DNA of 18,322 bases from positions 1 through 18,322 of the forward strand of contig JBDKUN010000032.1 in NCBI GenBank assembly GCA_039679675.1. Reading direction: 5' to 3'. The notes below the pieces were generated by a model. That model saw nothing but the letters and a program-made list of their open reading frames with translations. It ran no database searches and was not told where the DNA came from. The translations under genes were made by a program, and so were the position numbers. Within the stretch, counting starts at the first letter, position 1, and every line of letters begins with the position of its first letter. The DNA comes from Armatimonadota bacterium (GTDB lineage: Bacteria > Armatimonadota > UBA5829 > DTLH01). Below are positions 8,931 to 17,161 of this stretch, piece by piece.

Positions 8931-10409
8931 ATGCCAACCACAAACCGTAATACCGCCTTGCTTATCTGCGTTTTCAGCTTATTACTTGCTGTCACGCTGA
9001 TCGGCTCGCAAGGCGTCTGGGCTGCAAACGCACAGAGCACTTCAGCAAATTCGGAGCGTGAAGCCCTCATTTCGATCCAGAACGCATTTACGTCGATTGC
9101 CGAAGAAATCAAGCCTGCTGTTGTCTTCATTACAGCAGAACGGACCATCACAACGACCGAGATGCCGTCGCTTGATATATTCCGAGGCTGGCCGTTCGGC
9201 GATGACTCACCGTTTTCCGAACCAAAAACGGAAAAGCGCTCGGCCAAATCATCCGGATCGGGAGTCATCATCAGAAGCGATAAGAACGTCAGTTATATCG
9301 TTACCAATGATCACGTCGTAGCAGGCGCTGACAGGGTAACTGTCAAGCTCGACGACGAGAGAGAGTTTACCGGTAAGGTAACGCGCGACCCCCGCACGGA
9401 TATTGCCCTTGTAAAGATAGATGTCGGCAGTCTTCCCGCCGCGAAGATCGCAGACAGCGATAAAGTCAAAGTGGGACAGTGGGCGATTGCCATAGGAAGC
9501 CCATTTCAGTTGACAAACAGCCTGACGGTCGGCGTCGTCAGTGCCGTAATGAGAGAAGCGGCCGTAGCAGACAGCAGCATACCGGAAGGCGGGCGGCTGT
9601 ATCCTGAACTTATCCAGACTGATGCTTCTATCAACCCCGGCAACTCAGGCGGACCGCTGGTCAACATCGACGGGGAGATAATCGGCATCAACTCGATGAT
9701 CGAGTCACCTACAGGAGCCAACGCGGGTATAGGGTTCGCGGTTCCGAGCAATACCGTAAAGTTTGTTATTGATCAACTGATAACTTCCGGCAAAGTCGTA
9801 CGCGGCTTCCTGGGAGTCGGAAACAAAGACATAACTCCTGCCGCAGCGAAGACTCTCGGCGTGTCGAAAGGCGCGTTGGTCGAATCCGTTTCGAAGGGTT
9901 CTCCCGCTGAAGCAGCCGGTATCAAGCCGATGGATGTAATAATTGAGCTCGGCGGTAAAAAAGTCGACAACTCGATCACCCTGCGGCGAGTGGTTCAGTC
10001 CATCAAACCCGGTACAAACGTTCCGGTAGTCATCATGCGCGACGGTAAGCAGCAGACATTGCAGATAAAGCTCACGGAGATCCCTGGTGAGTCGAATACG
10101 GCTGCACTTGAGAATAAAGCCCAGATCGGGCTTACCGTACAGGAGCTTACTCCTGCGCTTATCGAGAGATTAGGACTGCCTGCAAAAATGACCGGAGTAA
10201 TGGTCCAGAGTGTAGAAGCAGGTACCCCTGCAGGAAGAGCTCAACCGGCAATCCAGGTCGGAGATGTCATTACCAGGATCAACAACCTGCAGATAACCAA
10301 TGTTGCTCAGTATAAGAAAGCTGTAGCACAATTGAAATCCGGTGACACCGCTCTGATCGTAATCCAGAGAGACAATACAACAATTATTTCCGAACTTACT
10401 ATAGACTAA
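8931..10409 (+). CDS. htrA: HtrA/DegP/DegQ-family serine endoprotease with two PDZ domains
   Basis: Signal peptide; GSGVII; triad TNDHV / TDIAL / INPGNSGGPL; IQTDASIN; GIGFAVP; two PDZ-like repeats; AGGAGG RBS at 8915-8920. Confidence 0.93.
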   Translation: MPTTNRNTALLICVFSLLLAVTLIGSQGVWAANAQSTSANSEREALISIQNAFTSIAEEIKPAVVFITAERTITTTEMPSLDIFRGWPFGDDSPFSEPKTEKRSAKSSGSGVIIRSDKNVSYIVTNDHVVAGADRVTVKLDDEREFTGKVTRDPRTDIALVKIDVGSLPAAKIADSDKVKVGQWAIAIGSPFQLTNSLTVGVVSAVMREAAVADSSIPEGGRLYPELIQTDASINPGNSGGPLVNIDGEIIGINSMIESPTGANAGIGFAVPSNTVKFVIDQLITSGKVVRGFLGVGNKDITPAAAKTLGVSKGALVESVSKGSPAEAAGIKPMDVIIELGGKKVDNSITLRRVVQSIKPGTNVPVVIMRDGKQQTLQIKLTEIPGESNTAALENKAQIGLTVQELTPALIERLGLPAKMTGVMVQSVEAGTPAGRAQPAIQVGDVITRINNLQITNVAQYKKAVAQLKSGDTALIVIQRDNTTIISELTID

Positions 10410-10433
10410 CTCCCCCATAGCTAGCATAGAACG

Positions 10434-10473
10434 AAAAGAAGGCTCCGAGTTTAAAACTTGGGGCCTTCTTTTT
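10434..10473. terminator. Bidirectional intrinsic terminator between convergent htrA and the GH78 gene
   Basis: AAAAGAAGGCTCCGAGTT-TAA-AACTTGGGGCCTTCTTTT-T: an 18-bp stem (two G-U pairs on the + RNA) with an A-tract on the left end and a T-tract on the right. Confidence 0.85.
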
Positions 10474-10521
10474 AGCTGTCATTATCAACTTTAGGACTAT
10501 AGCGATACGAAAAGTGGAATT

Positions 10522-13500
10522 TTACAGCGTACCTTCTTTTAAATCTTCCTGCGGCGAGGGTTTAGTCCTACGGCGGCGATACCGTTTTTGGGGTTTCTTC
10601 TCGCTAACATTGGCGTCTTCAGCATGCTCCACCGGAGGCTCGGCTTCGACAACGACCGGCTGCTGCTCCTCCGTAACTGCCGTTTCCGGTACAGACTCGG
10701 CTGTATGCGCGGACGGCTTCCGTCTGCGCCTTCTGGACGAACGCTTGCGCTCCGGCGCAGGCTCGGATGTAGCCTCCACAGGTTCTGTTGTAGCATCAGA
10801 TTGATCGGCAGATTCTATAACGGCCGGAGTAACCTGTTCTTCAGCCTGCGGTTTGGCCTCTGCCGACTGTGATTTGGATGACCGCCGCCTGCGTCGTTTG
10901 GCAGGCTTGGCCTCTTCGACTGCTTCCTGTTGTTGAACCGGTTCGGCTGCAGCCTCCACTGGTTGAGCTGTCACTGCAGGTTCTTCAGTCTGAGAAGAAG
11001 ACTTTCTTCTCCTCCTTCTAGACGAGCGCTTCTTTACCGGCGCTGCCGGCGCCTCGGTATCGGATACCTCCGATGCAATAACAACCTCAGCCTCCTGCGG
11101 CTCACCCACTGCTTCCTTTACCTGAACCTGCACGGAAGATTTCGAGCGTTTGCCGCGCCTGCGGTGGCGTTTGCGCTTGTCGGTAGACGGTTCTTCGGCT
11201 ACCGGCTCTTCTACAACTACGGCGGGCACTTCACTTTCGAGCTCGGCTAGGATGCGGATCATCTGCTCGACCGTCTCTATATCGGCTCTGCCTGGCGGGA
11301 CCGGCGGACGTTCTACTAATGTTATATCCGGCTCCGGCTTCCGCTGGCGGCGTGACTTGGACGGTACGCCCTTCACTATCTGGATGTTATGTGTCCCCGG
11401 GCCGATCTCCATATTAATATCGAATCTGTCTTTTCCATCGACGATGACCCTGCAAGGCTGATTCAGCCTCGGCGGTATCAACTCCGCCGTTACACCGCGT
11501 GGAACCTCTACTGTCATCGTTATTCCGCGCTTGCCAATCGCCCAATTGACAGCAACCGGACCCGACTTGGTGGGTACAACCCCCTTGGCCCAGTCCAAAT
11601 CGGCGGGATGAGGCTCTATTATAACCCGTCTAGGTTCGCCGGAGGGCTTTATGCCCAAAATATAGGCTTGAAGATGATAAGCCGGTGCGGATGCCGATCC
11701 GTAACAGAGGCAGCCTTCGGTCGTCAGGTATTCCCAGAACGCTGTAGCACCCTGTGAGAGCATTCCGCCCCATCTGTTACGGATAAGGGATACAGCCTGC
11801 TCGGCATATCCGTTTCTGAACAATCCCTCGGCAAGGACAGAGGTGAAATATGGTGTCGTTATCGGCGGCAGGTACCTATCAGAGAGAACCTGCCTGTAGA
11901 TGGACGATTTCTGGTAGTGGTCGGCGATGTCATATAGCGCCGCCAGAATGTTGGTCTGCCTGGAATAATGCTCTTCGAGCCTGCCGTTTACCCGCGCGTC
12001 CGCAAAAAGCCCCAGGCTGGGCGACCAGAAATACTTCGCCATCACCATCTTGAGCGCAGACGCCAACCCAGCCCATTCTTCGGCATCATAGCGCCTTTGA
12101 AGCGTTTCAGCCATTCGGCATGCTGCTCGTAAAGCGCCTATGTAAAGGCAGTTGAGCGCCATGACCTCACCGCGCCGGTCGATCTCGGCCCAGTCGATGA
12201 ACAAATCGCCGCGAACGTTTGCAAGAAGCCCGTCACTGTCTGTAAACTGCCCTATCCACTTCAGCCACTTCACAACTACCGGGTAAAGATCAGACAGCAG
12301 CCCCTTGTCCTCATCCTGGGCATAGCATTCCCAAACGCTCATCACCCAGATCGCACCGAAGTCCGGGAAAAGCTCCTTTGTTGCGCTCGGATAGAGCGCA
12401 TAAATAGCGCCGTCTTTGTCCTGAGATGCCGCGATATGCCTGAGCCCCTGTTTGAGGAGCAGATTATCGCCGAAAACGTAATACGCTGTCCTGGAAGCGA
12501 CGGCTGCGTTGTCCCACCACTGGGCGTGCTCTCTCCAGGGGCTGTCGATGTATGTATCCTGCATCGAGAGGCGCACGGTCTCTGCAGCAGTCTTCCAAAT
12601 CTTGTTCAAGAGCTCATCGCTCGACTCGAAGCTCCCCTTCCACTCCACCGGGTAGGAAGTCTCGTGGACGGCCACACGGCTTATCGCGACAGGTTTGGGG
12701 CAATTCCTGAGATCGAGCTGGACATATCTGAACCCGCGAGGATCGAAGCCTCTCCACTCCTGTCTTCCCTTGCGAAGCAGCAGGCGGTCCGTGTAACGAA
12801 TATCGTCTTTGTTCGGTTTCACCCGCCCGTCTTCCAGGGCTTCGCTGTAACCGATATCGACCGTGCCGCCGTGCGACCTGGTAAAGGCCAGCTCGATACT
12901 TCCATGCACTTCTCGTCCGAAATCGAGGATTACCGAAACGCCGCCGGACTGGGGTACGGTTATCGTGACCGCTTCGTCCTTATCGCTTATGAACCTCTCA
13001 GGCTTGGAGACACGTCCATCAGTAAGCGGAGTGAGGGTTTCGTCTGCCATGAACCCCGGCACATCCTGAAGCAAAAGGTTTTCCGGAAGCGCAGGGCAAT
13101 CTTGCAGAGAAACTACCGCAACGGGGCGGACCAATTCTTCGCGGAGATGAGGAATATCTCTTGGAACCAGCCGGTCGAACGGGTGCATTGGGTGTTTTCC
13201 GAGGACCACGGCCTGCGGCCACTTGGCGTCTTTGAACTTTACCTCTGTCCACCCTACCGGTTCGAGCGAGGCATCATAGACTTCCTGGAAGCCGAGCCTT
13301 CGGCTCATTCGGGCACCGGACGATGTCCATGCAGGGGAAGGAAGAGTTCGCCATGTCTCGTCAGTGACGATCTTCTCACTCCCGTTTTCAAGCTCGATAT
13401 CCGCTTCGCAGATGAACGCGGCTCTTCCGGGGATGTAGCTGTATGTGCCCTGCCCCAGATGATGAATAAGAACTGCTATTACATTCTGGCCCTTTGTAAG

Positions 13501-13785
13501 TAAAGCGCCGATGTCATATATATCGTAACTAAGCCGGTGCGGATCGGAAGGAACTGGGCCGCTTCCTACAAAGCTGCCGTTGATATATAGCTTGTAGCGG
13601 CTGTCTGCGGTAATACGGAGTCTGGCACGTTCAGGCTTGCTATCAAGCTTGAACGTTTTTCTTGCGTGCAGGTAGAAATTCCTTGGGCGGCTTTCTCCTT
13701 CACACCATATCCAACCGGCGCTCCAATTATCTCTTCCTATGGACCGGCTGCGATTAGCAACCAATGGTTTTCCCTTGTAACTCAT
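10522..13785 (-). CDS. GH78 alpha-L-rhamnosidase-family protein with ~280-aa low-complexity C-terminal extension
   Basis: ARLRITADSRYKLYING, ILDFGREVHG, GFRYVQL, GSFESSDELLNKIW, DSPWREH, FIDW, GATAFWE and GVVPTKSGPVAVNW are GH78-type motifs. No signal peptide. Residues ~807-1087 are Arg/Glu/Pro/Ala/Ser-rich. Confidence 0.85.
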   Translation of the reverse strand: MSYKGKPLVANRSRSIGRDNWSAGWIWCEGESRPRNFYLHARKTFKLDSKPERARLRITADSRYKLYINGSFVGSGPVPSDPHRLSYDIYDIGALLTKGQNVIAVLIHHLGQGTYSYIPGRAAFICEADIELENGSEKIVTDETWRTLPSPAWTSSGARMSRRLGFQEVYDASLEPVGWTEVKFKDAKWPQAVVLGKHPMHPFDRLVPRDIPHLREELVRPVAVVSLQDCPALPENLLLQDVPGFMADETLTPLTDGRVSKPERFISDKDEAVTITVPQSGGVSVILDFGREVHGSIELAFTRSHGGTVDIGYSEALEDGRVKPNKDDIRYTDRLLLRKGRQEWRGFDPRGFRYVQLDLRNCPKPVAISRVAVHETSYPVEWKGSFESSDELLNKIWKTAAETVRLSMQDTYIDSPWREHAQWWDNAAVASRTAYYVFGDNLLLKQGLRHIAASQDKDGAIYALYPSATKELFPDFGAIWVMSVWECYAQDEDKGLLSDLYPVVVKWLKWIGQFTDSDGLLANVRGDLFIDWAEIDRRGEVMALNCLYIGALRAACRMAETLQRRYDAEEWAGLASALKMVMAKYFWSPSLGLFADARVNGRLEEHYSRQTNILAALYDIADHYQKSSIYRQVLSDRYLPPITTPYFTSVLAEGLFRNGYAEQAVSLIRNRWGGMLSQGATAFWEYLTTEGCLCYGSASAPAYHLQAYILGIKPSGEPRRVIIEPHPADLDWAKGVVPTKSGPVAVNWAIGKRGITMTVEVPRGVTAELIPPRLNQPCRVIVDGKDRFDINMEIGPGTHNIQIVKGVPSKSRRQRKPEPDITLVERPPVPPGRADIETVEQMIRILAELESEVPAVVVEEPVAEEPSTDKRKRHRRRGKRSKSSVQVQVKEAVGEPQEAEVVIASEVSDTEAPAAPVKKRSSRRRRRKSSSQTEEPAVTAQPVEAAAEPVQQQEAVEEAKPAKRRRRRSSKSQSAEAKPQAEEQVTPAVIESADQSDATTEPVEATSEPAPERKRSSRRRRRKPSAHTAESVPETAVTEEQQPVVVEAEPPVEHAEDANVSEKKPQKRYRRRRTKPSPQEDLKEGTL
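10525..11367 (-). repeat. Protein-level quasi-repeats: six Lys/Arg clusters separated by acidic Glu/Pro/Ala/Val spacers
   Basis: SKSRRQRK, KRKRHRRRGKRSKSS, KKRSSRRRRRKSSS, KPAKRRRRRSSKS, RKRSSRRRRRKPS, KKPQKRYRRRRTKPS; the last five recur every ~45-55 aa. Confidence 0.85.
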
Positions 13786-13822
13786 AATCTCTGCTGTCTA
13801 TTATGATTATGTCATAAATCGC

Positions 13823-13852
13823 AGCATAGCACAAGCCCGGAGCAAAAGTCCA
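13823..13852 (-). promoter_or_regulatory. Putative sigma70-type promoter for the GH78 gene
   Basis: Minus strand TGGACT-N18-TATGCT with an extended -10 TG (TGTGcTATGCT). Confidence 0.35.
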
Positions 13853-13912
13853 GAGTTGATGAGTATAGCATTATGCTGAATTATGACTTCATCATTCGGG
13901 GCTGCCACAACG

Positions 13913-14347
13913 TTATTCCGAGTTTGACTCGGAATACTTTTGCTCAAGTTCGGGGAACCACAAAGCTATCTCGGCTGCGGCAGTCTCTGAGGAATCGGCG
14001 CCGTGGATGAGGTTCTGCCGGACTTCCGTCGTAAAATCACCACGGATAGTGCCGGGCATCGCTTCGGCGGGTTTCAGCGCGCCCATCATGTTCCTGACGA
14101 GCCGCACAGCGTCATCAGCTTCGAGCACCATGGCAACAACAGGCCCGGACGTAATGAACTCGACAAGCCCTTCATAGAACTGCTTGCCTTTATGCACGGC
14201 GTAATGCCGTTCGGCAAGCTCGCGCGATGGCGTCAGCTGCTTTAGTGCAACGATCGTGAACTCTCTGGCCTCGAATCTGTGGATTATCTCGCCGACCAGG
14301 CGTCTTCTTACCCCGTCCGGCTTGATCATAACGAAGGTTTTTTCCAT
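13913..14347 (-). CDS. ndk: Nucleoside diphosphate kinase
   Basis: KTFVMIKPDGV, FITSGPVVAMV, PGTIRGDF, NLIHGADS (catalytic His); GAGGAG RBS. Confidence 0.97.
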   Translation of the reverse strand: MEKTFVMIKPDGVRRRLVGEIIHRFEAREFTIVALKQLTPSRELAERHYAVHKGKQFYEGLVEFITSGPVVAMVLEADDAVRLVRNMMGALKPAEAMPGTIRGDFTTEVRQNLIHGADSSETAAAEIALWFPELEQKYSESNSE

Positions 14348-14379
14348 GTATGGCTCCTCTGCCGCTGTCTGTTTGGATA

Positions 14380-14409
14380 TTTATAACAGCCCGGCATGTC
14401 AGGAGTCAA
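14380..14409 (-). promoter_or_regulatory. Sigma70-type promoter for ndk
   Basis: Minus strand TTGACT-N18-TATAAA with an extended TG. Confidence 0.5.
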
Positions 14410-14438
14410 GCAACATGCAAATTTCCGCAGTTTCAGTG

Positions 14439-16415
14439 CTACGCAGCCTTCTTGTTTACAATATTGGCGGACATAGCGGAGATGAACGCTTGCGCCAGAT
14501 CCGGGTCGAACTGCCTGCCGATATTCGCCGCGATCTCATGGAGCGCTTCTTCGGGAGAACGTGCTTTTCGATAAGGCCGGTCGGATGTCATAGCATCGAA
14601 AGAGTCGGCAAGAGCAATGATCCGAGCCATCAGGGGGATTTTTTCTCCCTTAAGCCCATCAGGATAGCCGGTTCCGTCCCAACGCTCGTGGTGGAAAAGA
14701 ACGGCGGGAATGATAAGGTCTAGCTGGGGTGCGTGCCTCAGGATGTTCTCCGCTATGGACGGATGAAGCTGCACAGTCTGCCGCTCTTCCGGGGTCAGCT
14801 CTCCAGGTTTGTTCAGAATAGAGTCAGGAACTCCGATCTTGCCCAGGTCGTGAAGCATGCTCGCGACTTTTATGGCATCCATCATAGCATCATCCATGTT
14901 CAGTTCTTTACTCACCATAAGCGCATAATCTGCAACCCGCTCGGAGTGGCCGTGAGTATAACGGTCTCTGGCATCGACCGCGGCGGAAAGTGATTGTATG
15001 GCAGCAACGCTGGGATCTCTCAGCATCTGGTAAAGCGCCTGCAGATCCACATTCTGCTCGCTGCAGATAGATGCATCGTATACACACACGCTGTTTCGAG
15101 ATGCATGTTTTACACGGCAAAGAGCTATATCGGCAGCCATCATCAGGCCTTCTTTGCTTTGATGATGATTCGGGTAACCGGCTAACCCTATGCTGACCGT
15201 TATTTTGGCAATTTTTGATGGAGCGTATTCACCAAACGGGTGTCTTTGCGACTTCAGGCAGAAATCATGCTCTTCGATGAGGGATCTGACCCTTTCGGCT
15301 GTTTCTACACCTGAGCTTATATCGGCTTCAGGCAGTATCACCGCAAATTCATCACCTCCATACCTTGCCGCTATGTCGATACTGCGGATATTTTCTTTAA
15401 GCAGTACTGCCACCTGGCGCAGGATCCCGTCACCAACCGGGTGGCTGTACTTATCGTTGATGGGCTTGAACTTATCGATGTCGAGTATCAAAAGACACAG
15501 GTTGCGGTTATAGCGCTTGGCTCTTTCGATCTCATCCGCCAGCCGTTCGTGAAAATACCCGTGGTTGAACAGTCCGGTCACAAAATCACGGGTATTTTGT
15601 TCCAGCAGCCGGTCATGGCTTTCTTTCAGGCTTTTGATCATACGGTTGAAGGCTCGGCGGAACTGGCCGATTTCATCCGATGACCCGGCATCTACCTGAA
15701 ACCCCAGATCGCCTCCTTCAATTCGCTCTGCTGCATTCGTAAAAACCTTTACCTGCTTAAGCACGGATCTTGTGACTGCGAGACTGAGCAGGAGCGACAA
15801 TATAAACGCCGTAATACCAGTCTTCACTGCAACCAGGCTCAAAGATTTTTCTTCTTTTTCAAGCTGAGCAATCGACATATCCATGCCGATTATAGCTTCC
15901 GTGCGGCCATTCGAATCTTTTATGGGGGCGTAACCGGAGAGAGAGTCTCCCCACCTATCGGATGTCGGATCTTTATCCGCCGTAGCTTCATTGAACCCAT
16001 TGATCATTTCGGGGCTGTTGTGGGCATCGCATGTGTCACCTATATGTGAGGTCAACTCAGGGTTCGTTTCGGCATCTGCCACAAACTGCAGCACATCTTT
16101 TTTACCAGTTCTGCTCACCGTATATACATAGCGCATGTCCGGGCTGGACTTCAGTATGGAAATCAGCTTGGCTTTCAGTGTCTTGTAGGCAGAGGAAGTC
16201 TCATCCGCAGACAGCCGTACCTGCCGGTGGAGGTCGCCGTCGATCTGGAGTGCAGCAATTCTGGCACCGCAGACAAGCTTGGACCTGACTTCCTCCCTAA
16301 GCGAGCAGATAGCTCCTCTGTAAAGGATTATGCCGCCTCCAAGCGATGTCATGAGCATCACAATGGCTGAAACAAGAAACACCTTGCATCCAAGCGATAA
16401 CCGGGACATCAACAT
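14439..16415 (-). CDS. Membrane sensor diguanylate cyclase / HD-GYP phosphodiesterase (TM-extracytoplasmic sensor-TM-HAMP-GGDEF-HD-GYP)
   Basis: Two hydrophobic helices flank a Cache-like region (YVYT...WG..LSGYAPIKD); HAMP (DEIGQF..AFNRM); DIDKFK..ND and RYGGDEF; HDLGKIG, HHERWDGTGYP, DSFDAMTSDRPYR. Confidence 0.92.
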   Translation of the reverse strand: MLMSRLSLGCKVFLVSAIVMLMTSLGGGIILYRGAICSLREEVRSKLVCGARIAALQIDGDLHRQVRLSADETSSAYKTLKAKLISILKSSPDMRYVYTVSRTGKKDVLQFVADAETNPELTSHIGDTCDAHNSPEMINGFNEATADKDPTSDRWGDSLSGYAPIKDSNGRTEAIIGMDMSIAQLEKEEKSLSLVAVKTGITAFILSLLLSLAVTRSVLKQVKVFTNAAERIEGGDLGFQVDAGSSDEIGQFRRAFNRMIKSLKESHDRLLEQNTRDFVTGLFNHGYFHERLADEIERAKRYNRNLCLLILDIDKFKPINDKYSHPVGDGILRQVAVLLKENIRSIDIAARYGGDEFAVILPEADISSGVETAERVRSLIEEHDFCLKSQRHPFGEYAPSKIAKITVSIGLAGYPNHHQSKEGLMMAADIALCRVKHASRNSVCVYDASICSEQNVDLQALYQMLRDPSVAAIQSLSAAVDARDRYTHGHSERVADYALMVSKELNMDDAMMDAIKVASMLHDLGKIGVPDSILNKPGELTPEERQTVQLHPSIAENILRHAPQLDLIIPAVLFHHERWDGTGYPDGLKGEKIPLMARIIALADSFDAMTSDRPYRKARSPEEALHEIAANIGRQFDPDLAQAFISAMSANIVNKKAA

Positions 16416-16609
16416 ACCAAAACTAAATCCCTCTGGCCAATTTCAAGACTTTGCACCCGTAGATAAACAACAAAATGCGCTTGCCAGTAAAACGCAATTT
16501 GCTATAAGAATGAATAATGCGGTTTTTGTACGTACGACATTATCATCGCCAAATATTGGAAATTACTTTAGAGTGTTAAGGGGAAAATATGAAGTATTCC
16601 GTTCACATT

Positions 16610-17071
16610 TCAAGATGAACGCCCCTGTTTTTCCAAATACTGCTGGTGGTAATCTTCAGCCGGGTAATATTCAGACGCGAGAATGATCTCCGTTACTATC
16701 GGAGCGCTAAACTTGCCGCTCGATTCAAGCTGCTCTTTCGAAGCTCGCGCGGCTCTCTCCTGCTCGGGTGTGTGAAAGAAAATTGCTGACCGGTACTGAG
16801 CCCCTACATCCGGCCCCTGCCTGTTAAATGTGGTCGGGTCGTGAATTCCCCAGAAGACTTTGAGCAATTCCTCGTAAGAGACCTCGGATGGATCGAACTC
16901 CACCTGTACCACTTCCGCATGTCCCGTCTTGTTAGTGCACACATCCTCGTAGGTCGGATGTGCGAGCGTCCCGCCCATAAAACCGACGGAGGTCGATTTA
17001 ACCCCTTTGACCAGGCGAAATGCCGCTTCCACTCCCCAGAAGCATCCGGCTGCGAAGGTTGCTTTTTCCAC
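16610..17071 (-). CDS. msrA: Peptide-methionine (S)-S-oxide reductase MsrA
   Basis: GCFWG catalytic motif, [36 protein letters not shown] start with GGAGGG RBS; ends at TGA (see findings). Confidence 0.95.
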   Translation of the reverse strand: MEKATFAAGCFWGVEAAFRLVKGVKSTSVGFMGGTLAHPTYEDVCTNKTGHAEVVQVEFDPSEVSYEELLKVFWGIHDPTTFNRQGPDVGAQYRSAIFFHTPEQERAARASKEQLESSGKFSAPIVTEIILASEYYPAEDYHQQYLEKQGRSS

Positions 17072-17161
17072 TATATTGCCCTCCGTGCATTTTTGGTATT
17101 AATATCAGTTTAGATATACATATTATCTTACCCACCGGATGCCTCAGCATCTATCATCTAT

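Noticed and set aside
10522..11367. Tail as a separate gene or an RNase E/Rho fragment joined by frameshift
   Set aside because: The frame is continuous with the GH78 domains, with no stop, evident internal RBS/start, or nuclease/helicase domain. The resemblance is compositional only.
12436..13503. 355-aa plus-strand ORF
   Set aside because: Lies wholly antisense to the GH78 gene with no recognisable motif; typical shadow ORF in GC-rich coding DNA.
16416..16609. c-di-GMP riboswitch upstream of the GGDEF/HD-GYP gene
   Set aside because: I could not find the GEMM-I hallmarks (GNRA-capped P2 stem and receptor) by eye on the minus strand; an Rfam scan would be decisive.
16330..16686. 118-aa plus-strand ORF spanning the DGC-msrA intergenic region
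   Set aside because: Overlaps both flanking minus-strand genes, with no convincing RBS or motif.
17031..17050. Selenocysteine at the MsrA catalytic site
   Set aside because: The GCFWG codon is TGC (Cys), not TGA.
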